Shown piece after piece: positions 53,361-64,000 of a stretch of DNA of 64,000 nucleotides (the first letter of the stretch is position 1; every line of letters starts with the position of its first letter). This DNA comes from Felis catus (Eukaryota). Under the pieces are notes generated by a model. That model saw only the letters and a program-made list of their open reading frames with translations. It was not told the DNA's origin and did not search any database. The stretch spans positions 4,650,001-4,714,000 of the forward strand of contig NC_058369.1 in NCBI RefSeq assembly GCF_018350175.1, read 5' to 3'. Made by a program: the position numbers and the translations under genes.

Positions 53361-55574
53361 GGGTCTGTGCAAGTCCAAGCTGCCCCACAAGGGCAGGGCC
53401 TTGAGATCCAGGAGGAGGGTAACATCGCGGGGGGCGGGGAGGGGCTGGATCATTGGGGGGAAGTAAGGAGGCTATGAAGGGCATGAGGGAGGTACATACA
53501 GGTGCCCCACACCCCAAGTTCAGGTGTGCGCATGACCCCCACCCACCCGTGGTGGTAACACAACTGCACATGCTCAAGGATCAGCCCTTCTTTGATCCAC
53601 TTGAGCACCTGCTGTGCCAGGTTCTGGGCACTCCACGGTGAACGTGTCAAACTAGCTCCCTGGCCTCCTGGAGATTACAGCGTAGTGAAGGAGGCGGTCT
53701 CAGAAAATGGGATCTACGAGCAGGAGGGGACAGGGGAGCCACAGGGAAAGAGGCGTCCGCTCTGAGGGCTCCGGGAAGAGGGGAGGTTTATGCTCCGCCC
53801 CGTGGAATGCCTAGGAATTCACTAAGCAAAGGCGGAAGGAAGCAAGACAGCAAAATTGCGCTATAAACTACCACACTCCACAGACATGCCTGGTAGCCAT
53901 GGGCGTGCATTTATTTACTCATCGCCCACTACTATATGTCAGGAACCGTGCCAACTATTAGAAATATTGGGACCAGCAAGACAGAAACAGTCCTTGCCCT
54001 CATGGAGTAGAGTCTGGCTGGGGAGAGAAGCAAGAGCAAATAAACAGGCGAAATCGTTACTAATCGTGGCTGTTGCTGTGGAAGAAATGGGGCTCTGAGA
54101 TGGAACGATGGGGTGGGAGGCTCTTGGAGTCTGACAGGTCGGCTGTGACCTGAAGGAAGAGGAGCAGGGACTTACTGCAGCAGGGAGGAGGCGGGGCACA
54201 GGACAGCAGGAGAAGGATAAGTTTGGCAAGTTCAAGGGACAGAAGAGGCCCCTGGGGCTGGACCAGCGTGAAGGAAGAGGAGGGTGGCGTGGGATAAGTC
54301 TGGGGGATGGGCGAGTCCCCGCCCCACTCTGAGCCTGTTTCCTCAAGTGTAAGATGGGATAGTAGAGTCACTGAGATTCTTCAAGGAGATGCTGTGTGCA
54401 GAAGGCCTGGCCTGCTCAAGTTCACATCCTCCCGGCTACCTGTAACAGAACTAACGATGCCATGCCTGAGTGTACCATTGGGCATGGATGTGCACCCCCA
54501 GATGCCACCCTAGGGCATAGCCAAGTGGGTATTCCAGGAGACCTGTGTCCAGTGTCACTCACCCAAGGACACACACTAAGCTGTGGACACAGTCACCTCA
54601 GCGTGTGTTGGCTCCTGTAGGCATCAAACCCTCTCCCCACCTCTTCCCTGGGCCCCCCAGACATCCTCAAGTCCGCTCTGATCGTCTTCGTGATGGGTGG
54701 CCCAGGTTGTGGCAAAGGGACACGGTACAAGAACATGGCGACCAAATATGGCTTTTGCCACGTTGGACTGGGCCAGCTGCTGACCCAAGAGGGCCAATGC
54801 AGGACCCAGTGGGGCTGGGGGGCCTGTGACATCATGCTGCAGGGGCTCCTGATGCCCATGGTGAAAGCTCACAGGCACAGGGGCAGAGGGAAGGAGGAGG
54901 TACCTTCCCTGGAAACCCTGTGGAAGCAGATAGGCCCAGAAGGTTCTGGCTCCCGGCCTGGCCACAGCTTTGCTGCACTGAGCCTCTGTGTCCTCACCTG
55001 TAAGATGGGAGACCAGCTGGCGTCTGTAGGGACAGTTGGCTGACGTCATTCTCATAAAGCACTTGGTGGAGTGCCTGACATTTAACAAACAGTAAAGTTA
55101 GCTCGTATTTATTCCTTTTGTGACCTTGGGCATGTATATCAACTGGCCCCTCCTGTGCCCGTTCCCTTACCTGGAAAATGAAGGTCACCCCTGTATCTAC
55201 CCGTAAGAAGGTAGTGATAAATGAATGAGACCTCGCGAGCCTGGCACACGGCAGCCACCAGCCCCTGTAGATGGCCTCAGTGCATCAGAGTGGCCCTGGG
55301 GCACCAGGGCAGACCTAGAACCCCAGGCACTGGCCAGGGCAAGGGCTCTTCTGAATTCACCAGAAGTCCAGGCCAAGGGAGAAAACTTGACAAAGTGGCC
55401 ACGTGGGGGTGGGGGTGGGGGAGCCTGGGGCACCAAACCCAACACCCCTCTCCTTCCCAGGGCATCATCACAGACCTGATCAGCAACACCATGCTGTCGT
55501 GCCAAGAGAGCTGGGCCTTCCTCACCGACGGCTTCCCTTGGAAGCTGAAGCAGGCCAAGGAGTTGGAGCGCATT
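53359..55574 (+). pseudogene. Intron-containing adenylate kinase (AK1/AK5-like) gene or unitary pseudogene, 5' part
   Basis: Exon 54661-54860 (200 nt): DILKSALIVFVMGGPGCGKGT (P-loop)...KYGFCHVGLGQLL...DIMLQGLLMPM|GT. Exon 55461-55574 (114 nt): GIITDLI...FLTDGFPWKLKQAKELERI|GTGAGT. Putative exon 1 53359-53418 MGLCKSKLPHKGRALRSRRR|GTAAC. Intron positions match the AK1/AK5 family. LID and C-terminal exons were not found in the window. Coding versus pseudogene status is unresolved. Confidence 0.8.
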
Positions 55575-58500
55575 GTGAGTGACCCCAGGGTGTGTGAGAA
55601 TGTGGTGAAGTGTGGAGCTACTCTCCCTCCCCACCTTGGGTGGAGATCGGAAGGGATAAGACTGGGGAGAGCAGTTGGCGGCGGCGGGAGGGGGGGTGTG
55701 GACTGGAGTTTTAGATTTTCAAGGGACAGTCAGAAGACTGTTGGAAGCTTCTAGCCACTGTTGGTGGCTAGCTGCCGAGCTCTCTGAGGGCAGGGACAAA
55801 GTCATACTAATCTTTTCCTGCACACGGATCATTTGCCCCCTGAGTAGCGCATGGGTTTAGCATCATCCCTGGGCCATAAAGATGGAGTTATTCAGCCACC
55901 TGTCCCCAAATGGTCTGAGAACAGACCCTGTCCTTAGGCGTTCACGAGACAGACTCAGTCCCTGCCGGTAGACAGACACTGACCAACACGTGACTTGCCG
56001 AATGAAGCTGAGACGTTTCTGGCAGCAGTGAAGGCAGCAAAGAGCAGAAGACAGAATGACGTCCCCGAGGGACACACGCGGGCTGTTTGAGTTGGGTGGC
56101 CCCGGTGGCCTCCTCAAAGCGAGGACGTGGGACAACTGAGCAGCGAGAAGAGGAGCCAGCCCGCGTTGGCAAGTCACACTCGGTCTTCAGGTTACTTCTG
56201 CCGGCAGCGCTGACTTCCTGGAAAGGCCCACCCAGGCCCCTGAACAGCCGTGGCTGGAGAGTCCGGAAATGGCCGAGCAGGACAAGAGGAACTGTGGTGG
56301 GTTGTCGGGCCCCGGGCTTTTCTGGAACTTGCCAGATGCCGTTGAAATGCCTTCAGAGAAGCGCAGGCGGGAACCAAACCGACGTCACCACCGAGGGCTG
56401 GGGCCGCTATCCTCGTGGGCAGGCGGGGCCCTGCCCTCTGTTAGCACCTGCACGGGAGCAGTCCTGTCGGGCTCCTGGCAGTGACTTCCAGGGCAATGGA
56501 ATGGGTTCCCTCTCCTGGTCTGGGAGCTCTGAGGGCAAAAGCCGAGCTAATGAATTTCTCTGTCCTCAGCAGCCCCGGGCCAGCGGTTTGGACCCTATGG
56601 CATTAAAAAAAAAATTTTTTTTTTTTAAGCTTATTTCTTTGAGAGAGTGACCAAGCCGGGAGGGGCAGAGAGAGAATCTCAAGCAGGCTCTGAGCTGCCA
56701 AGCACAGAGCCCAACTTGGGGCTCGAACCCACGAACTGTGAAATCCTCACCTGAGCTGAAATCAAGAGGCGGGGGCTTGGCCGGCTGAGCCACCCCAGCG
56801 TCCCATCCCTACAGCATTTTTAAGAGTTTTTTTCTGCAGCAGTGGCCACCCTTCAAATATCGAGAGAGGCCACGTCAGAACTCCCGGCTTCCCTTGCAAA
56901 GGGCCTGACTTGGCAACGTGGGGCCTGCATGTCCCCATGGCAACAGCAGCATGAATGCATCTCGAGCTTTTTCCTGAGCTCAGGGCTGTTCTTGACACTA
57001 CACGGATGAGCTCTGAGCTTTTGGAACATTCCAGAAAAGCGTTTCTTGCACCGTAAGCATCCTGCTTTTTTACAGAGGGATCGGGCAACTTGCCTGGGTC
57101 ACACAGTTGGTCTCGAGGCCTAGATGTTAACCATGTCAGCAGGGGTTCCCTCTCTGCTTCCCCCCCCCCCACCAGGGTCCCCCTACTCCCACGGAGGGTT
57201 GCTCCTCCATCATGGAGGCCGAGCGCCACCTGCCATTAGGATCCTGCTCGCGTTGTGGTTTTATGCTAAGAGGAACAGAACACATGCCTTCCTCGTACCC
57301 ACGTGGCTGCCAGAAGTGACGAAACAAACAGGCCTGGGTTATGAGAGTGGATTTTCACTGCGGAGAATTTTCTAGATCTCTGTGAGCTGCCGGCCCCATG
57401 TTGGCCTTTGAGGACCCTGTAGGCCCCTGCCTTGGGTCTGTCCAGGTATCCCTGGAGGCCACCAACTTGGCCCTTCAACCTGGACCCTGCCAGGCCTGAG
57501 TGTTTTAGCTCCACCTGTGGTGTGAGTCAGTGCAGTGGGTCTGGCTTGAAGCCAGCACTCCAGAAGTCTGGGGATCCTTCTCTTTGCCATTCCTGTTCTC
57601 CCTCTCTGGACATTCAAAACACTGCTGGGGGGTTTCTCGGGGCCAAGGTGGTGAAATTCACAGGAAGCCAAGGTGAAATGACATCTTCTAGGGAGATCAA
57701 TGCCCCATTTTACAGACAGGGAAATCGAGGCCCATGGAGGGCAGGTTACTTGAGGTTGGCTCCTGCCCCTTAGGAGGCTGGCCAGCCTAGTTCAGACACT
57801 GGCTTTGGAGCCAAGGAGACTGGCACTCAGGTCACGCTCGGTCACTTTCTCCACCTGTCTGTAATCCGCACAAGACCTGGCTTCCCGAGCCTCAGGTCCA
57901 TCATCTGTGAATGTGGACAGAAATGCTACAAGCCTCTTTTCCATGTGGGGAAGGTGGGGAAGGCTTCTTCCTGGGACGGTTTCCCGTCTGTTTCCAAGAT
58001 TGCTTCAGTCACCTGTGCACCTGTCCGAGAACACAAGCTGGGGGGAGCCGAGGCCCGTGGTGGGTGGCCTGTGGCCTGTGAACACATGGCGACTCCCTGC
58101 CAGGCTGCACTGTGCACAAGGGGCAGTGAGGAGGACCAGATAACACTTGTGCAGCCTAGATTATCATAATCCGGTTGGATTTCGTTGGAGCATCCGTGAA
58201 CCGTCTCCCTGAAACGCCCAGACACGGGAGGTCATTTCTCTGAGTCGATGTTCCCCCCAAAGTGTTAACCTGCAAGGAAGCTCCCCTGTTCACGACAGAT
58301 TTAAAAAAAATTTTTTTTTTGGATGTTTATTTTTAAGAGAGGAAGAGAGACAGAGCGTGAGCAGGGGAGGGGCAGAAGGAGAGGGAGACACAGAATCCAA
58401 AACAGGCTCCAGGCTCCCAGCTGTCAGCACAGAGCCCAACGTGGGGCTCGAACTCATGAACTGTGAGACCACGACCTGAGCCGAAGTCAGACGCTTAATC

Positions 58501-59336
58501 GACTGAGCCACCCAGGCGCCCCATAAGACATTTTTAAATAATTATGTATTTCTTTTAAATGTGTTGATAAATTACAGGCTCACAGGAAATTGCCCTGTAC
58601 CCTTCACCCAGGTCCCCCTAGTGGTAACATCTTCTTCTATGGGCGTCTGGTATCACAACCGGGCTCTTTGCGTCGCTAAGTATTCGATTTTACACTTACC
58701 TCCAGAGCAAGTGATGCTCCCTTTCTATTTGCCAAAGTACTCGTTGCCCTCCTCCCCGCCCCCCCTCACAAAAACCCTTCCCCCTCTCCTGACCCCACAC
58801 AAAAAAAGTAGAAAAAGGCAGCTGGAGGGATGCGGTGTGAGATAACAGGGCTGACAGTGAAGTCCAGGCCAGTCAGTCTATGAAAGTTGACCCCGTGAAG
58901 CCTCGCACTCCGTCCTCACCAGGAAGAGAGGTCTTTGTGGCATTTGGGGGTGCGCGTGCCCCCCGAGTGGAAAAGCCAGCAAGGAAGTCCTTGGTATTTT
59001 TGTGATGCCAGATTTCAAACACGTACATAGTTGGATCTAGGGGATCTAAGGGATCTCCACGTCAGCAGATCGAAGCATCATCGAGGTCCGGTCACACTTG
59101 CTGTATCTATGCCAAAACGTCTTCTCGCGATTGCTGACTGTGCGCTTTGAAGCAGATTCCCAGGGGCACCTGGGTGGCTCAGTGGGTTAAGCATCCAACT
59201 TCAGCTCAGGTCACAATCTCGTAGTTCGTGGGTTTGAGCCCCACGTCGGGCTCTGTGCTGACAGCTCAGAGCCTAGAGCCTGGAGCCTGGTTCGGATTAT
59301 GTGTCTCCAGCTTTCTCTGCCCCTCCCCCACTTGCA

Positions 59337-59369
<33 letters not shown>

Positions 59370-59847
59370 AAAAATAAGTAAACAGTAAAAAAAAAAAAAA
59401 AAAAAAAAAAAATTGAAACAGATTCCAGATCCCATTATGGGCGCTCCGTCACCCAGCCGCTCCTGAGATGATTAACATTCATGCCTTGAGACCATTTGAT
59501 GTCCAGGCCACCTCTGAGTTTCCCCAGTGTCTGAAGAATGTCTCTTTGATCTCTGGTGAGATTTGCGAGTAGGACAAGGCCCACACCATGCTAGGTGTCT
59601 CCTAATCTGAGGAGGGAAGGCCGCCCGGCTTGCTTAGTCCTTCCGGCCTTTGACTGGTCTGGGTCCGTTATCCTGTAGAGCGGTTCACGTTCGGGATTTT
59701 TCCCGGGGCTTCCTGCCTCGTGGTATTATCTAACTCATCTCTCTGTCTCTCATTTGTGCTGCACATGCAAAGTTAACTCCCAGCGCACTCAGATTCAGGT
59801 TCAATACATCTTGTGCTTTTAAAAAAAAAAAATCTGTAAATATGCCA

Positions 59848-59848
<1 letters not shown>

Positions 59849-59893
<45 letters not shown>
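59849..59893. repeat. (TA)n microsatellite
   Basis: Seen directly. Confidence 0.95.
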
Positions 59894-59896
<3 letters not shown>

Positions 59897-60089
59897 GTTT
59901 ATTTCTGAGAGAGAGGGGGGTGGGTGGTAGTGGGAGAGAGAGAGGGAGAACAGAATCCCAAGCAGGCTCCAGGCTCTGAGCTGTCAGCACAGAGCCCGAC
60001 GCGGGGCTTGAACTCATGAACCGTGAGATCATGACCTGAGCCGAAGTTGGATGCTTAATTGACTTAGCCACCCGGGCGCCCCACTTTGA

Positions 60090-60287
60090 NNNNNNNNNNN
60101 NNNNNNNNNNNNNNNNNNNNNNNNNNNNNNNNNNNNNNNNNNNNNNNNNNNNNNNNNNNNNNNNNNNNNNNNNNNNNNNNNNNNNNNNNNNNNNNNNNNN
60201 NNNNNNNNNNNNNNNNNNNNNNNNNNNNNNNNNNNNNNNNNNNNNNNNNNNNNNNNNNNNNNNNNNNNNNNNNNNNNNNNNNNNNNN
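60090..60287. other. Assembly gap (N run)
   Basis: Ns. Confidence 1.
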
Positions 60288-62429
60288 AGCAGGGGAGGGG
60301 CAGAGAGAGAGGGAGACACAGGACCAAAGCAGGCTCCAGGCTCTGAGCTGTCAGCACAGAGCGCGACGCGGGGCTCGAACTCACAAACCGCGAGATCATG
60401 ACCTGGGCCGAAGTCGGATGCCCAACCGACTGAGCCCCCCCCACCGGCGCCCCACTTTCAGTATATATTTTCTAAAAGATGAAGGCGTCTGTAGAATCAG
60501 AATGCTTCCATGATCTTAATATCTTTCATATCATCAAATAGCTGATCGCTATTCAGATTTCCGGTGAACAACCTCAAAATCTTGTTCTTCTTACCCCTGG
60601 TTTTAATGAGGATTCACGTAAGGCTGACACTGCAGCTGGTCACTCTCTGTCACATTCCTGGTCATCTGTAGGTGCTTGTTCCATCCCTGCTGCTTTGGTT
60701 TCCTTGAGATTGTTTACTGAAGAAGGCACATGTTCGGGTCTCCTTATGTCTCCCAGCCTGGATTTTGTTGATTGCAACGCATTTTTTACCACGTTCCTCT
60801 CCTCCCCTAGATTTCCTGTAAATTGGTGGTGGGTCTAGAGTCTTGTTTGGGACTCAGATGTCATTTCTTCACGCTTCACAGGCATTGACGTGAACTTCTG
60901 TTGGGTGGCACACAGTGCTTAGGCGTCTCTTCGACGTGGCTGGTTTATCTTTTAAATACATACGTTCAAGTGTGGGGGCGCCTGGGGGGCTCAGTCGGTT
61001 GAGTGTCTGACTTCAGCTCAGGTCATGATCTCACAGTTCGTGGGTTCGAGCCCCGCGTCGGGCTCTGTGCTGACAGCTCAGAGCCTGGAACCTGCTTGGG
61101 ATTCTGTGTCTCCCTCGCTCTCTGACCCTCCCCCACTCAAGCTCTGCCTCTCCGTCCTTCCTCGGACGGCCATTTTTCAGACTCAGGCCTTGGCGTCCTA
61201 GTGACTTCCAAGGGCAACCATGAGGCTGGTTATTGCTGTCTGCCTTTGTCTTGTTCTCTCTCATCACTAGGAACTCATGGGTCAGCTGTCACGTCTTTGG
61301 TCAGGGGGAGCCCCTTCTCGCTGACATGTGTGTCTTCCGATCTCCAGCACGACTTTTCACATTTCCTGACGGGTCCTAGAACTGGCCATGCCTCGAAGGA
61401 ACTCCTTTTATTGGGGTGGGGGTGAGGGTCCAGTCTGGGTGTGAGGGGTACTCATCGCCACTGAGTTGTCATTTTCCAGGCCCTGCCAGCGAAGGGGGCA
61501 GGGGGAATCACAAGTTCATACTGATGCTTCCAGTTTACAATGAACATGACCATGATTTTTTCTCTTTTCCTAAAATGTTTGACTCCTAAAGCCATTAACA
61601 CAGTCCTTCTCATTATTCCATTAGCTGCAAAATAGCTTGCCAGGAATACACCAGTCTGAACCACTAAGAATAAAACGACTCAAGGAAGTTTAAGATTCTC
61701 TGCAGCTCTGATTTTCCTTATAATATTCCTCACTGCGGATGTGTAATAAAAACACCGAGTTGCCTGGAGTAATTATTTTTTTCTGTGTAGTTATGCATGA
61801 AAGTGACATTCAGTGGGGGGACATTTCTTTCAATTTGGTTTGGGATATTAGGGAGTGCTTTCTTTTTTTTTTTTTTAACGTTTATTTTTGAGAGACAGAG
61901 CATGAGTGGGGGAGGAGCAGAGAGAGAGAGGGAAACAGAGAATTGGAAGCAGTCTCCAGGCTCTGAGCTGTCAGCACAGAGCCTGACTCAGGGCTCGAAC
62001 CCACAAACCGGGAGGTGAGATCATGACCTGAGCAGAAGTCGGATCAAAGTCAGAGCCACATAAAAAGGTATGCTCGGAGAGAGCTTGTTTCCAACCTTTC
62101 CTGTCCACTCTTTTCCGCCATGGGGAACTATTCTCATTAGTTTTTTGGTTTTTTTGTTTTTGTTTTTGTTTTTTTTTTAAGTTTATTCACTTATTTTGAG
62201 AGAGTGGGAGAGGAGCAGGGGAGGGGCAGGGAGAGAGGGAGGGGGGAGAATCCCAAGCAGGCTCCACACGTCAGCGCAGAGCCCAGCTTGGGGCCCGAAC
62301 TCACAAACTGTGAGATCATGACCCGAGCTGAAATCAAGAGTCGGACACTTAAGCGACTGAACCACCCAGGCGCCCCTCTCATTAGTTTTTGGTTTGTCCC
62401 TTTGCTGGTGTTTATTTTGCAAATATGAA

Positions 62430-62433
<4 letters not shown>

Positions 62434-62478
<45 letters not shown>
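62434..62478. repeat. (TG)n microsatellite
   Basis: Seen directly. Confidence 0.95.
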
Positions 62479-62479
<1 letters not shown>

Positions 62480-64000
62480 CACAGAGATCCTCCCCACACG
62501 AAAATTGGCGTTCTGTACATACTAATCTTCATTTTTAAAAACTTTACAATGTATCTCGAAGATCTTCTATCCGCGTTGACGACTTCCTTGTCCCCTTCTA
62601 TAACTAGTATCCGTTGTGTGGTACATCCATTGTTTATTTAGCTGAGTTAGTACTTGTAGGACCACAGACCATAAATCGTGGGACAATTTATTGACAGACA
62701 AGAAGCTGTTTGCAGTCTTGTGCCACTCACTACAGTGTCGCACGAAATGACCTTGGCGTGTCATTTCGTATTTTTTGCTAGGATCTTTTCATAGGTTCTT
62801 CAGGGTGGGTTTGCTAAAGAGAAACGTGTCCGCCATTTTGCGAGCTGTCACCACACTCTTTTGCATTGCCACCAGCGATAGAGGAAAAGGTCCTTTCCTC
62901 ACACCTACAACCAACAGAGGATACTGCCAAACTTCTGGGTGTTCTTCTGACTTGTTAGGTGTGAAACGGCATTTGGGGGTAGTTTGAAATGGGCATTTCT
63001 CTTACTATGAGTGAGATCACACATCTTCCCCAAAGTTTAAGGACCGTTTTAATTTCTTCGGGGTGCTCTTTATCAATCTTTAGCTATCTTTGTTTTAAAA
63101 AGACAGATTGTTGGTCTTTTCTCCTTGATTTCTAGGAACTCTTTATATAGTAGGGCTATTAGCCCCCCACTTTGTCAATTATCTTTTGACCTCACTTTAT
63201 GGTATCTGTTTGCCATGTATAAGTTATTTAAATTTTTTTTAACATTTATGTATCTTTGAGAGACAGAGAGAGATGGAGCATGGGGGGGGGGGGCAGAGAG
63301 AGAGGGAGACACAGAATCGGAAGCAGGCTCCTGGCTCTGAGCTGTCAGCATAGAGCCCGAGGCAGGGCTTGAACTCACAAACCACGAGATTATGACCTGA
63401 GCCAAAGTCAGATGCTCAACCAACTGAGCCACCCAGGCACCCCTATTTAAAAATTTTTAAATCATATTTATCAATATTTTGTTATTTCTTCTTAGACTTT
63501 AAGACTCCCCCCCGCCCCCAATCCTAGGCTTATAAGGGGATCCATTCATGGCTTATTTAGCACTTGTATTACCTTATTTATTTTCTTTATTTTATTTTAT
63601 TTTTATTTTGTTTTATTTTATTTTTTAATATTAATTTTTGAGAGAGAGAGAGTGTGACAGAAACAGGGCACGAGCAGGGGAGGGGCAGAGAGAGAGGGAA
63701 CTCGAAGCAGGCTCCATGCTCTGAGCTGTCAGCACAGAGCCCAATGCAGGGCTCAAACCCACGGACCATGAGATCATGACCTGAGCCAAAGTCGGATGCT
63801 TAACCGACCAAGCCACCCAGGCACCCCTGTATTACCTTATTTCTTACATTTCTATCTCTGATCCATTTGGGACTCATCTTAGTTTTGGGGATGCGGTAAG
63901 GGTTCAATTTGATCTTTTTCCAAATTGTGATCTAGTTGTCCCAGGGTCATCCGGTTGAAAGCCTGTCCTTTCTCCATTTTGGGGGGATGCCACCCTCACC

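Larger units (their letters stand above)
58300..63827. mobile_element. SINE-dense region (about nine CAN-SINEs) among old L1M fragments
   Basis: SINEs near 58300-58522, 59163-59412, 59895-60082, 60288-60453, 60974-61160, 61860-62045, 62150-62376, 63225-63443 and 63575-63827. Confidence 0.8.

Noticed and set aside
57124-57375. Candidate next AK exon (pyrimidine tract plus CAG at ~57175, GGRAP peptide)
   Set aside because: No frame gives AK LID motifs (RLLxRG, RxDD, RLxxY).
59895-60460. Tandem SINE duplication around the N gap
   Set aside because: Both copies end in GCGCCCCACTTT next to a gap, so a TSD cannot be told apart from an assembly overlap artefact.

Overview
Mammalian genomic DNA, almost certainly from a felid (dense carnivore CAN-SINEs including young SINEC_Fc-type copies, carnivore L1 3' ends, three N-gaps). 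Gene order matches the block at human 19p13.3: ACER1 (-, first coding exon only), about 26 kb of repeat-rich divergent intergenic DNA, CLPP (+, 6 exons, 273 aa), ALKBH7 (+, 4 exons, 221 aa), PSPN (-, 2 coding exons, 146 aa) and GTF2F1 (-, 12 coding exons, 517 aa). CLPP, ALKBH7, PSPN and GTF2F1 reconstruct as intact spliced ORFs with GT-AG introns. The most notable non-obvious element is a spliced adenylate-kinase (AK1/AK5-like) locus head-to-head with GTF2F1. Three exons are visible, with a putative MGLCKS acylation N-terminus and RFX X-box motifs, but also an exon-phase clash and loss of conserved arginines, suggesting a decaying paralog. Other leads: a probable precise intron loss in GTF2F1, two mirtron-like hairpins in GTF2F1 introns, candidate upstream ACER1 exons (one ~24 kb away giving an in-frame N-terminal extension), and short stop-free in-frame first introns in CLPP and GTF2F1. 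No CRISPR, rRNA, true tRNA or prokaryotic-type system is present. All comparisons with other species are from memory and were not computed.
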